From Patescibacteria group bacterium (GTDB lineage: Bacteria; Patescibacteriota; Microgenomatia; UBA1400; PJMF01), in assembly GCA_016861205.1 (NCBI GenBank), contig BOKX01000001.1:264539-328538 (forward strand): a stretch of DNA of 64,000 bases. Reading direction: 5' to 3'. The first letter of the stretch is position 1. The number at the start of each line of letters is the position of its first letter. Below are positions 26,256 through 36,018 of this stretch, piece after piece. The notes beneath the pieces were generated by a model that did no database searches, was not told the origin of the DNA, and saw only the letters and a list, made by a program, of their open reading frames with translations. The position numbers and the translations under genes are program-made.

Positions 26256-28568
26256 ATGCCCAAACCAGAAAAAGCTCCACAACCTGTTAATCGTAGTGAT
26301 GCAATTGAAAGTTGGTTGCAAAGATGTGAAGCAGGTAAGCCTGGATTCATAGAAATGCATCAGTACACGGAAGAAACGTTTCGTGCGATCAGTCCGGATC
26401 TTTTGCAACGTCTGTACGCAATGATTGAGCGGCTGATTGCTTATGAGCACTTCACTTGGCAGTTACCAACGGGTTGGCTTGAGTGGGCCAACCAGCGCGC
26501 TCAGTTACCCACCGAATCTGGCTTCAAAGCAGCAAGCGAGGTGCTCCTTTGGGCGGCAGAAATGGGGACGATGTGCGGTGTATATCTGGCGGCTATGCGC
26601 CAACTAGAAACTATTTTTCGTGATGCATCTGAACTGACACAAAAGCAGTCCCGTAGACTGCGATCATCCGAAGAGATACTTGCTTTGCAGATTAGATATG
26701 CAGAAGTGATTCTGTATGAGAGGCAACCCTGGTCACTACTCCGGTTGACTCCTCACTGGATCGGTTTATTTTTACCTGAGGTAGCTGATCAAGGTTTCGA
26801 TATTAAAGGCTATGATAAGTGTTTTTCGGTCGGGCAGATTTTAAGAGCTCATGCCAGTCGTATTCAAGATGGCAAGAGACGCTTGAATGTAAATGAGCTC
26901 AAAGAGCTCTATGGATTGGTACTCAGCATGCTAAAGGTCGAACAGTCGAGGCTGGGCACGATTTATCCAAACTACAATTTTACGGCCGGCTTGTTAAGTA
27001 CGGCCAGCGGCAGCTATGCCTACCCATTAATTGAAAAAGATCGTTCATGGATGGCACATGTCAAAAATGCAGATCAGCGTGAGTACCTACTAGCAGGTGG
27101 TCAGTTAATGAAGTTGATCAGACTGTTTCATACAGATTGGTACCTATCACTTCTCAATGAAGACGCTCGATTTCACACTGAGGCAGTAGCCATCTTTGAC
27201 TATGTCTACGCTGCCAATGAAGAGAGCGCAAAAATGCTCGTCGAAGAGGCAACAACTGCTCTTGCTCTTTATCCAGAGAAATTTGGGTTCAAAAAAACCA
27301 GCGATGCTGTAGTTTCAATTGCCCAGTGGTTTCTGAACACCCATGTGAATGACCTGGATAGAGAGTCTGCAGACGCTGAAGTACTGTACAAGTCTGACAA
27401 GCTTAATTCGCTGCAGGAACAGGTGATTTCACTTTTGATAAGTTATCACTTAAGCCTATACAACGAGCGTTTGTTGATCGGAGCTACAGGTATCACTGCG
27501 CTCAACTACATTGAGGAAGGTGTTACGCTGCCCGACGCTCAAAAATCACTGGAGTCCATTGCCAGTGCCTGTCAGCAAATACACTTGTTACACCAAAAAC
27601 AACGTAAAGCTCAAGGTACATATCAGCGCAGCGGGCATGTCAACATAGAGGATGGTCGTGATCAAGATGCAATGATGCATCATTTAGTGCCGAATCAGGC
27701 GGATATCGAGTTAACATATCAAGTCAGACAGAACTATGTGATGGCGAAAGTTTCACTTTCTGATTATGAAATTAATAGGCAAAGTATTCCTGATGCTGAT
27801 AACGCGTTATCAATTGAAGAGCTGGAGGCACAAAAGTTAATTGTGCAGTTTGCGGTCGACTTATCAACTTCTCCGGCTGAGTTTGTTTTTGAAGTGTATG
27901 ATCCTGAAGATGTCTTGCCTGAAAGTCAGGCTATTTGGGCAGCTCTACTAGCAGCTCAGCTGGAAGGATGGCTGGCTGAGTTGAAGACAGAGATCGCAGA
28001 AAACCCCATTACCGATGAGGTTGTTTTGCTTGATAAAGGTACACTTGCAAAAAAAACTGGGCAGATTCCGACTAAACCTGCTCCTGCTACTGAAAAGCGC
28101 AAAGCGTCAGGCAATGGTGCGAATGGCACAGGCTCAAGTAACGGCAACGAAGCAGATGCCTTACCAGCATTTATTGAAGCTGGTCGCCGGTTGATGTACC
28201 CGACCAGCATGATGCTGGCACCGGCTTTGGAAACTGAGGTAACAAAAAGTCGTGGTAAAGGTAGCCGAGCAGATGAGCTAGCGATTTTGTCGGATTTCGT
28301 GACTGAGTTCAATGCGAATCCTGCCAAGTTTCACTCTGAAAAAGTTACTAAAGCTGTTCGAAGTGCCAAAGCGGTTGGCCCAAATGGTGAGTTGATCTGG
28401 CGCATAAAACGAGGTGATTACCGGATTTTTGCCGTCTCACTCAATCGGTCGCAAGGCATCATCGTAGAGGTTGATCGCAAAAGTGATGAAACGTACGAGG
28501 ACATGTCTGGGCTCAAAGACAAAGCACACAAAGCTGTGACAGCACTACAAGTAACGGCGCAAAACTAA
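26256..28568 (+). CDS. Large hypothetical protein with a C-terminal RelE/ParE-like domain
   Basis: About 600-aa helical orphan region, low-complexity linker (KPAPATEKRKASGNGANGTGSSNG), then IWRIKRGDYRIFAV...IIVEVDRKSDETY. Confidence 0.65.
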   Translation: MPKPEKAPQPVNRSDAIESWLQRCEAGKPGFIEMHQYTEETFRAISPDLLQRLYAMIERLIAYEHFTWQLPTGWLEWANQRAQLPTESGFKAASEVLLWAAEMGTMCGVYLAAMRQLETIFRDASELTQKQSRRLRSSEEILALQIRYAEVILYERQPWSLLRLTPHWIGLFLPEVADQGFDIKGYDKCFSVGQILRAHASRIQDGKRRLNVNELKELYGLVLSMLKVEQSRLGTIYPNYNFTAGLLSTASGSYAYPLIEKDRSWMAHVKNADQREYLLAGGQLMKLIRLFHTDWYLSLLNEDARFHTEAVAIFDYVYAANEESAKMLVEEATTALALYPEKFGFKKTSDAVVSIAQWFLNTHVNDLDRESADAEVLYKSDKLNSLQEQVISLLISYHLSLYNERLLIGATGITALNYIEEGVTLPDAQKSLESIASACQQIHLLHQKQRKAQGTYQRSGHVNIEDGRDQDAMMHHLVPNQADIELTYQVRQNYVMAKVSLSDYEINRQSIPDADNALSIEELEAQKLIVQFAVDLSTSPAEFVFEVYDPEDVLPESQAIWAALLAAQLEGWLAELKTEIAENPITDEVVLLDKGTLAKKTGQIPTKPAPATEKRKASGNGANGTGSSNGNEADALPAFIEAGRRLMYPTSMMLAPALETEVTKSRGKGSRADELAILSDFVTEFNANPAKFHSEKVTKAVRSAKAVGPNGELIWRIKRGDYRIFAVSLNRSQGIIVEVDRKSDETYEDMSGLKDKAHKAVTALQVTAQN

Positions 28569-29200
28569 GACGTTTTGTAACTAAAGGCCACTTGGATGGC
28601 CTTGTACAGGAGCTGAAAGATGTGGACACCATTGGGCATCCGAAGTGTCCCGAGGAATGTTTTTACTTCGGCGTGGTAGCCTTCATTTCGGTAAAACTCA
28701 CGATCCAAGTCCCCTACCACCATCACCGTAGCTTCTAGTGCGATCAGTAACTGAATGTTTTCCCAGGTTGGAGTTTTGTACCTTTCTTCATCCACATATA
28801 CAATTAAACCGGATACATCAGCTAGACTAACTCCCGGATGGATGTCATCCTGGCTTGGTGGCCGACCGTGAGTAAACTGCAGAACTGCGGAATGGCGAGA
28901 AAAATGAGTACATAATTTATCAAAAGTGTCAGTTCTGACTTCTTCCGAATCGGCTGTTTGAGACAGTCGGACGTAGTTCTCAATCATGTCAGATAGCTCG
29001 ATGATGACCTTTTTGGCACGCTCAACGCTCAAGGTACTATCTTGCGGGTCAAGCTTAAGAGCTTGTTCTGAGGTAATAACCGCCTGACCAATATATCGTG
29101 GGTCAAAAGGATTTTCGGGCTGATCGTAAAAAGAGTTTGGTAGGGGTGGCAAAGGCCGTCGAGGATGAAATGGTTTGTTTGCTTTATCGGGGTTGTTCAT
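28565..29200 (-). CDS. Hypothetical protein
   Basis: 211-aa ORF with SD AGGAG; convergent with the 770-aa gene, stop codons overlapping. Confidence 0.65.
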   Translation of the reverse strand: MNNPDKANKPFHPRRPLPPLPNSFYDQPENPFDPRYIGQAVITSEQALKLDPQDSTLSVERAKKVIIELSDMIENYVRLSQTADSEEVRTDTFDKLCTHFSRHSAVLQFTHGRPPSQDDIHPGVSLADVSGLIVYVDEERYKTPTWENIQLLIALEATVMVVGDLDREFYRNEGYHAEVKTFLGTLRMPNGVHIFQLLYKAIQVAFSYKTS

Positions 29201-29366
29201 ACAGTAACTCCTGCTACTAGCTAGCACGATCCTACTGTGTTTGAGTCAAGTTTGCTACTGGCTAGTTTAAGCCACGTAGCGCTACCTTAGGTATGTGAAA
29301 ATTTGAGTTCTAATCCGAGTCGGAAGGATCTCATTCAAAAAAAACTATGTTGCGATAATAGTTAAT

Positions 29367-30557
29367 TTAACTAGATATGAGCAGTCCCTCGATAATCCCA
29401 AGCAATTTTCTCTGTACATCAACTATATGAGCTCTGGCCTCTGCATTGAGCTCACTTTGACGATCTTTAATTGTGTGAAATTGTCCGTCTGTAGCGCCAA
29501 TTTGATTGGAAGCTACGAATGTGCGGGGTGCAACTCTGAGGGTGCTTTTTTGCTCTGTAAAATCATGCGTGTAACCAAGTGAACCAAAAATACCTTTGTG
29601 TGTTAGGTTCCATGTTGGTTCATTTGCGGAACGAGCTGGCCGAGCATTTTGGGCTATTTGAAGTAACAAAGCTTGTGATGCCGGGGTAATTTCGCGATGT
29701 TTTTGCAAATATTTAGATACGTTTCTAACCCGTTCTTCCTGATCTAAAGGCAAGTAGCGATTGTAATTATCCAACTCAAAATTAGTCATACAGCTGGCAA
29801 TTTCTTGCCAACTCATTTTCCAAAAGCTCATGATCTCACTGAGTAGTTGCTGGTCATCTCTGTCAATAGTTGGGTTCAGGTCAGTTTGCTTGAGAATAAT
29901 TGAAGAGGTTGTTTTATCAAGCCCCACATGTGGGTAGACGCCCTTTAATATATCAAAAGAAATCAGAATGGTTGGGTCCCACAGCACATGTTTGAAGCTT
30001 GGCTGGCGTTGTAACTCATGTGACAGATAACCAGTGCTCTGCATTGATTCTGGTATGCCATAAACGTGCCAGTGCATCTGTGGATAGGTGGTGGCGTACG
30101 GCTGATGATGATCAGCTTCACCTGGGCCAATATGCTGGATAACATAGAGCTTTTTAAGCGGATCTTGTTGTTCAGCTGCTGCACATATATTGGCTGAGAT
30201 AGCTGCATTAATCGCATCAAACATTAGTGTGCGAGCATCATATGGTAACTCATCCAAACTATGCACTAAACAATTGGAACCTTTTGGGAAACAGTTCAAC
30301 AGTAAATCATACGCGGAATTAACTGCATTTTTTAAGTAAAAAAAGAGGCCATACTGCTCTGTTCCAGGCAAAAGTAAGGCTGTTCCATTCTCAACCATGT
30401 CCCTTAAACCAAGTTCTAGTATGTCTTCATAGGAAGCATTCCGCAACATATCTAGGGTGGCGTGTTCAAAGTTCTTAATTAAACCTGTGTGGTGGAGACG
30501 TGGTACGGCAACCTCCCGTCGATGACTAGCTAGAACTTCAAATGATCCAAAACTCAT
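29367..30557 (-). CDS. Large protein with a HIT/GalT-like motif
   Basis: YVIQHIGP...ATTYPQMHWHVYG resembles the HIT signature (NxG..AGQ.V.HxHxH) with the first His replaced by Gln; last gene of the operon. Start may extend to 30605. Confidence 0.6.
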   Translation of the reverse strand: MSFGSFEVLASHRREVAVPRLHHTGLIKNFEHATLDMLRNASYEDILELGLRDMVENGTALLLPGTEQYGLFFYLKNAVNSAYDLLLNCFPKGSNCLVHSLDELPYDARTLMFDAINAAISANICAAAEQQDPLKKLYVIQHIGPGEADHHQPYATTYPQMHWHVYGIPESMQSTGYLSHELQRQPSFKHVLWDPTILISFDILKGVYPHVGLDKTTSSIILKQTDLNPTIDRDDQQLLSEIMSFWKMSWQEIASCMTNFELDNYNRYLPLDQEERVRNVSKYLQKHREITPASQALLLQIAQNARPARSANEPTWNLTHKGIFGSLGYTHDFTEQKSTLRVAPRTFVASNQIGATDGQFHTIKDRQSELNAEARAHIVDVQRKLLGIIEGLLISS

Positions 30558-30595
30558 GGAGCATATCCTACAAAATCTTCTCAATAAGACAAGGG

Positions 30596-31408
30596 TCAAA
30601 TACACAATAGATGTGTATACGTGGTCAGGTGGATATTATTAGACCTAACGAGCTCTAGGATAAGATTAGAAGTTAGAATTGCTAGCTCTGTCTCGCGTGC
30701 TTCACGATAACTACTTAGCAAAGCTAAAGAAGCATCATTGTAACCGGGATGCACCATAAGTTCAGTGACAGCCTCGGTTAATGACGTCAAAATTTCCTGA
30801 AGTACTTCAAGGCTTGCCTTACCAGCAAAAAATTTAGTTAGTAAGGCGTCTGTCGTGCGAACGAAAAGTTCCTCTGAGTGATGCTGTTTTTGAAAGGTCT
30901 GGCTTGTTGTGGACATTGTAGGTGTGTAGACACTGGCACTTCGAATTGGTAAATCATGTTCACTAGCCAGGTACTGCATAACCTGAAAAAGGGTCGGATG
31001 TTTATATGAAATATGATGATGTGAGTCCAAATGATCGGGATATACATTGCAGGCAATCATGGCTGCAATTTGGGCTGACCACTCATCGTAGACTTGGTTA
31101 GGGTCTAGAAATTCAGCCTTACTTCTGATTTCAGCTAGACTGTGAAAATGACCATTGGTGTTAACAAGAGATGGAACCTTGTCAGGCGATAGCAGAGGTT
31201 GTCCAGTTGTGAGATTAAGATGGGTACCTATAGCTAGTTTAGGCGTTTGAGCTTTGGCTAGAGTAAGATCACTTTCAACACCCGGTACATTCATCATGGC
31301 TGTTGTTGATGTGACAATACCTTGCCTGTGAGCAACTCGAATTCCTTCAGAAACTTTTCTAGTTAATCCATAGTCATCGGCATTTACGATTAAGCATTTT
31401 TCTGGCAT
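30596..31408 (-). CDS. ChbG/YdjC/HpnK family carbohydrate deacetylase
   Basis: LIVNADDYG, GTHLNLT.G.P, HLDSHHH, ELMVHPG, RETELAIL. Confidence 0.92.
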   Translation of the reverse strand: MPEKCLIVNADDYGLTRKVSEGIRVAHRQGIVTSTTAMMNVPGVESDLTLAKAQTPKLAIGTHLNLTTGQPLLSPDKVPSLVNTNGHFHSLAEIRSKAEFLDPNQVYDEWSAQIAAMIACNVYPDHLDSHHHISYKHPTLFQVMQYLASEHDLPIRSASVYTPTMSTTSQTFQKQHHSEELFVRTTDALLTKFFAGKASLEVLQEILTSLTEAVTELMVHPGYNDASLALLSSYREARETELAILTSNLILELVRSNNIHLTTYTHLLCI

Positions 31409-31419
31409 AAGTGAAACGT

Positions 31420-32163
31420 TTATATTTTGAACACCGTCAAAATTGGCAGGTGATCAGAGAATGGAATTGAAAGAATTTGTGTAGATACAACCTCTAAATC
31501 TCGAGTGGCTAAAATGTAATCGAGCCGCCAATCCAAAGTTTCTGCATTAAAACCGTGATAGCTAAAAGGTTTTGTGGTCCACGTTTTCTGATCAAATGAT
31601 GGGCCAGCGTTTTGATAGGTGCGAAGCAATCTCTCAACAAGGCTTGAGTGTTCTGTCAGGTTAAAGTCTCCGGTCACTATGGTTTTCTGTGTACATGGAG
31701 TGAGCGTTTCTAAGAAAAGGTTGCTCTCACGATTTTTTTCTGATGTTTCTCGAAAACCATCAGAAAAGGAGAGGTGGGTTGTGACAACCGTTACCTCATG
31801 GTCGGGTAGCTGAACATCGCACAAACAGGCTATTCGCCTCTCAAGTCCTTGTGTGTTAGCTGTTTTGGGTTCTGCTTCTTGGATGACCTGGTATCTGAGG
31901 TTTTTTAAAGGAAATTTGCTCAAAATGCAGTTGCCTTGAGTGCGAGGTGGCACTTGATCTGTCCAAGTATGTGCGACAGCGTGGTGCACGTGATAGTTCA
32001 GATTTGTGGCCAAAAACTGGGGCACATCTTTGCCTATATTGGGAAAGTCCTGTGTAACTTCCTGAAGACAAATGATATCTGGCTGATACTTTTCAAGTAC
32101 TTGAAGGATATTCTGTGGTTGCTCATTAACCCAAACATTCCACTGCAAAACACTAAACTGCAT
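31420..32163 (-). CDS. Endonuclease/exonuclease/phosphatase (EEP) family protein
   Basis: QWNV, DIICLQEV, TTHL, GDFN, LDYIL, SDHLPI. Confidence 0.92.
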   Translation of the reverse strand: MQFSVLQWNVWVNEQPQNILQVLEKYQPDIICLQEVTQDFPNIGKDVPQFLATNLNYHVHHAVAHTWTDQVPPRTQGNCILSKFPLKNLRYQVIQEAEPKTANTQGLERRIACLCDVQLPDHEVTVVTTHLSFSDGFRETSEKNRESNLFLETLTPCTQKTIVTGDFNLTEHSSLVERLLRTYQNAGPSFDQKTWTTKPFSYHGFNAETLDWRLDYILATRDLEVVSTQILSIPFSDHLPILTVFKI

Positions 32164-32176
32164 ATTGTTTATTATA

Positions 32177-33124
32177 CTAGACGATAGTTGAGGAATAATA
32201 CTGCTCAGTTGCGACTCCAGCCAAGACGAGCCCTGTTTCTAAGACGTCATCTAACTGCATCGAGCGTTGTGTCCACCCAACTGAGACTCGAATTGCATTG
32301 ATAAAAAATAGTTCTTTTGCCAACGATGTAGAACCACTAACATTTTTTACCTTTTCATCCAGTTCTAAGATTAATGGTCTCAGGCAAGCTTCGGCCGGCG
32401 CAAAGTTTGGATCGAGCTGATACTCAACATTAAACGTATCGCCACAACTAAAGGTTCCTTGATACCGGTACTCGAATAAATAGAGGGCGCCAGCAAGATT
32501 ATTTAAGGCAGATGATGCCATGTTGTACCCAGTGTAGTTTCCAGGATCAATAGCGTAGTAGTTGTCCTCTTCGCACAAAACATTTCCAGGATGTTCGTCG
32601 CCATGACATAGAACCATGTGTTTTTCTATCTTGTTCTCAAGGGCAATCTGGCATTGTGTTAGTGTCTCATGCAAACATGGGTAAGTAACCCCATTCACAA
32701 TAGTAGGCATATGTGCAAAATTCATGATTTTTTCATTGTGTCGAAGTCGATACAGTGTGTTTAGGGTTTCTAGACGCCAATTCCTAGAAACAACTGTTTC
32801 ATCCATTGATTTGGTAGTTGTATGCCACATAGCATACATGTCGTTAAGAAAGCGTTGCAGGGAATCTTTTGCAAGGTGTGGTTTGTCTTTTAATATGGTG
32901 TTAACTGCTTGGGCTTCTACGCCACGAACAACCAAAAGATGTCCCTCTGAGGTATTGGCTAATCTAGCCTTAGGCATACGTAAATATGGGGCAAGAAGAT
33001 GATAGCCACTAATTTCACGGGCTGGTCTACGTATGAAATGACCTTCGGTTCCCTTCTTTATGTAAAACTGATAAGGACCGCGATCATCGCGATACAGAAA
33101 ATTCGTCAGTTGTTCTCTTGACAT
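32177..33124 (-). CDS. APH/choline-kinase-like phosphotransferase
   Basis: Brenner motif LCHGDEHPGNVL followed by YAIDPG. Confidence 0.8.
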   Translation of the reverse strand: MSREQLTNFLYRDDRGPYQFYIKKGTEGHFIRRPAREISGYHLLAPYLRMPKARLANTSEGHLLVVRGVEAQAVNTILKDKPHLAKDSLQRFLNDMYAMWHTTTKSMDETVVSRNWRLETLNTLYRLRHNEKIMNFAHMPTIVNGVTYPCLHETLTQCQIALENKIEKHMVLCHGDEHPGNVLCEEDNYYAIDPGNYTGYNMASSALNNLAGALYLFEYRYQGTFSCGDTFNVEYQLDPNFAPAEACLRPLILELDEKVKNVSGSTSLAKELFFINAIRVSVGWTQRSMQLDDVLETGLVLAGVATEQYYSSTIV

Positions 33125-33137
33125 ACAAAAGTTCGCC

Positions 33138-34352
33138 CTAAAGCTTAGGTGGTTCTGTTTTAGTCGCTAAGATCCAAATTTTATCCAAAAGATCGCGATA
33201 CGTTTCCATAGATAGGTTACGAGCCAGCTCAACGGTGAACTCTTGGTCTTTATCTTTTATTAACTCAATCGCGCCTTTGATTGCAAGCAAGGTTGAATCA
33301 TCATCCCCGACTACCCGAGCTAGCTGATCGAGATTTAATTCCCCTTCAAAGGCTGGCAAAATAATAGTTCTAAACATAAATCGGCTGGCTCTTTCTTCAC
33401 GATGCCTAAGAAGATCTTGGGCATCTAAGTCTGCCACTATTGATTCTAGTAACTCAATGTCACTTATTCGGCAATCCACCCAACCTTGCATAGATGAAAA
33501 CTTGTTTTGGGGTGCTTTTTGAGACAAAGCAAATATTTCGCGTCGTGCGCTTGGAATTGTTTGTGTCGGAATGAAGGCAACAGAACCACCCAGTGCCCTG
33601 ACCGCATGCCCAAAGCGCAGATCATTTCCTTTGATCTGATTACCAGCAGCATCTCTAGGTTGCTGGCTACCGCCTATGGCAGCGTATGGTTCAACCTCAA
33701 TAGCAAAGTTTGCTCCGCATGTGTGAATGAATGCTACCCCAGTGTCACTTAGATAGTAGGCAACTTCTCCCAAATAACGAAAAAAATTGCTGACTCCTTT
33801 TGCCTGTTCGATAATGTCATCAAGCTCATATGGGTAATGGTATTTGCCTCCCAGTGCTTCGGCACGAGTTTCTGTAGCTACTGAAACAATAGACGCGGCC
33901 CAATCAGGTGGAACCAGAGTATCCGCATCTGTTAAAGCCATGTATCTAGGTGTGGTAATGTTTCCACGCTTAAGATATTGAGCTACAGTTTCATCCATGC
34001 CACGCTTTCGGGCATGAACAGGTCCTTTTTGAGTGGCTTGTAGAACTGTTACAGGAAAAGGAATATCTTTGCCAGCAGAAATGGCTGCAGCTGTAGTTTT
34101 ATCTGTACTGTTGTTATCAACAACAACAATTTCGATCGGAACGGTACTTTTGCCAAGCTGTTCAAGGCACAAGGGGATGAAGTCTTGCTCATTAAAAGCG
34201 GGAACAACAACAGTTAAAGCTGTGTCTGGATCGCAGAGTGCTACACCTGGTGTTGTTTCAACACCATAATCTCGACAGTATCTTTCCAGAGTTTGTTTTC
34301 TTTTTTCATCAGGTTCTTCGGCTTTCCTTAATTGGTCAGGACTTTTGGGCAT
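33138..34352 (-). CDS. GT2 glycosyltransferase (soluble, with a C-terminal helical extension)
   Basis: VVVPAFNE, VVDNNSTD, ALTDADT, GANFA, SARR. Confidence 0.88.
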   Translation of the reverse strand: MPKSPDQLRKAEEPDEKRKQTLERYCRDYGVETTPGVALCDPDTALTVVVPAFNEQDFIPLCLEQLGKSTVPIEIVVVDNNSTDKTTAAAISAGKDIPFPVTVLQATQKGPVHARKRGMDETVAQYLKRGNITTPRYMALTDADTLVPPDWAASIVSVATETRAEALGGKYHYPYELDDIIEQAKGVSNFFRYLGEVAYYLSDTGVAFIHTCGANFAIEVEPYAAIGGSQQPRDAAGNQIKGNDLRFGHAVRALGGSVAFIPTQTIPSARREIFALSQKAPQNKFSSMQGWVDCRISDIELLESIVADLDAQDLLRHREERASRFMFRTIILPAFEGELNLDQLARVVGDDDSTLLAIKGAIELIKDKDQEFTVELARNLSMETYRDLLDKIWILATKTEPPKL

Positions 34353-34412
34353 AGTCACGTACTATATCAATAATGATCGGAAACGCAAGAGACATGGCAG
34401 CTACACGATAGT

Positions 34413-35438
34413 TTATTGATTGCTTAACTCAGTTAAGATTTCCTTGAACACCATGGCCAATGCGGGGACATCATGGCGAATCATGCTCCGTTTGAGAATG
34501 TCACCTGGTTGTCGGGGAACTAACTGATCTGAAACAATGGGTCTCCTCATGACAGGCGGCATGTTTGGCATGCTTGTTTCATCCAAATCATCGAGGACTG
34601 GAATTGCCTGCTCTGCCTGATATAAAGACAGCACATCTTCCGGATAGACAGTTTCACTGTTAATTAATATTCTGTTGACTCGTTCCAGGGGGAAAAAACG
34701 ACTAAGATCCAGAACATAATCAGATGCACGGTAGTTATACGCATCACCATACTTTGTCATGAGATTAATGATAAATAAGATAAATGCCTTTGAGTCAATC
34801 AAGGCTTCCACTATGCCATCAACAATGAGATTTGTTAAGGTATTGGTGTACAAATCACCAGGCCCAAGTACGATAAGGTCTGAAGCTTGAATAGCAGCCA
34901 TAGCTTCAGCATCAATACTGACAGTTGGTTCAGTTCGAATTTTGGTGATTCTTAACTTTCCATCGTGCTTGGGTTCATCAATTGCGTGTTCACCATGAAC
35001 TTCACTACCATCCTCATACGTGGCAACCAGCCGGGCATCTTCATAGGTGATGGGCAGGATGTGACCCTGTACAGATAATAACTCGGCAGTCTTTTTTATC
35101 GCCTGTCGAGGTGAACCACAAATATCAGAAGCAGCAGCTAAGAATAAATTGCCAAAGGTCATGCCACTTAAACCCTGACCACGGTGGTAGCGATAGCTAA
35201 ACAGCTCCTTAAGCAGGCTTTCTTGCGAGGACAAAGCTACCATGGCTTGTCGAATACCTGATGTTGGTGGTAAACCAAAATCATCGCGCATTACTTGATT
35301 GGAACCACCATCATCAAATGTGTTGAGTACTGCTGAAATATCAAGACCTGGAATCTCAGTTAGAGCACGCAGCACTGTGTATGTACCTGTCCCACCACCC
35401 AAGGCTGTTACATGTACTGGGTTTTCTTGGTTTAACAT
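34413..35438 (-). CDS. YvcK/GlmR (UPF0052, CofD-like) family protein
   Basis: LGGGTG, DDGGS, GMTFGNLFL, VLGPGDLYT, NLMTKYG, IRHD. Confidence 0.9.
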   Translation of the reverse strand: MLNQENPVHVTALGGGTGTYTVLRALTEIPGLDISAVLNTFDDGGSNQVMRDDFGLPPTSGIRQAMVALSSQESLLKELFSYRYHRGQGLSGMTFGNLFLAAASDICGSPRQAIKKTAELLSVQGHILPITYEDARLVATYEDGSEVHGEHAIDEPKHDGKLRITKIRTEPTVSIDAEAMAAIQASDLIVLGPGDLYTNTLTNLIVDGIVEALIDSKAFILFIINLMTKYGDAYNYRASDYVLDLSRFFPLERVNRILINSETVYPEDVLSLYQAEQAIPVLDDLDETSMPNMPPVMRRPIVSDQLVPRQPGDILKRSMIRHDVPALAMVFKEILTELSNQ

Positions 35439-35508
35439 GGGGGTTAATCTACAGTTCTTGGCAGAAAATGTCCAGGAATAAAACGTGTTTTTGTTGTGAA
35501 TGATAGGC

Positions 35509-35583
35509 TGGTGACCCCACGGGGAATCGAACCCCGGTTACCGGGATGAAAACCCGATGTCCTAACCGCTAGACGATGGGGCC
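35509..35583 (-). tRNA. tRNA-Glu(TTC)
   Basis: GGCCCCA..TCGGG-TTTTCAT-CCCGG..GGTTCGATTCC..TGGGGTC-ACCA. Confidence 0.96.
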
Positions 35584-35649
35584 AGTTTCGGGGCGAGTGA
35601 CTCGCCGCCGAGTTTGGCTGACGCTACTGAGAGCGACTTAAAGAGCGTG

Positions 35650-36018
35650 TTACCTGGTCCAGCTGACATTTTTAAAATGCTCTACTCGACCTGGCAAGAC
35701 TGATATTATATCGAATCGAAAGGCATTCTCCAAGTCGGACTCGGCTAAGTAGGCTAAAGCCGCCTGATACCACGCTCGCCGCTTGCGCCAGTTCACGGCT
35801 TGCGTTGGGTGGCCGAATTGGTCAGCTGATCGAGTTTTGACTTCGACAAACACCAGTTCTTGGGTGGTTGGGTCAATGACTACCAGATCAAGCTCAAGAT
35901 TACCGGAGCGCCAGTTATGGTGGCGAATCGCATAACCGTGAGCCACTAAAAACCGAGCGGCGATGGTTTCACCAGCTCTACCGAGTTGTTGATGTGTGGA
36001 ATTACTTGGCAGCTTCAC
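35650..36018 (-). CDS. YraN (UPF0102) family predicted nuclease
   Basis: [33 protein letters not shown]. Confidence 0.92.
   Translation of the reverse strand: MKLPSNSTHQQLGRAGETIAARFLVAHGYAIRHHNWRSGNLELDLVVIDPTTQELVFVEVKTRSADQFGHPTQAVNWRKRRAWYQAALAYLAESDLENAFRFDIISVLPGRVEHFKNVSWTR

Noticed and set aside
26025-35583. Integrative element or prophage at tRNA-Glu
   Set aside because: No integrase, and I found no duplicate of the tRNA 3' end near 29.3 or 26.1 kb; at most an old island.
35586-35615. GC-rich hairpin GGCGAG-TGA-CTCGCC between yraN and tRNA-Glu
   Set aside because: Single copy without a clear U-tract; probably an ordinary terminator or processing stem.
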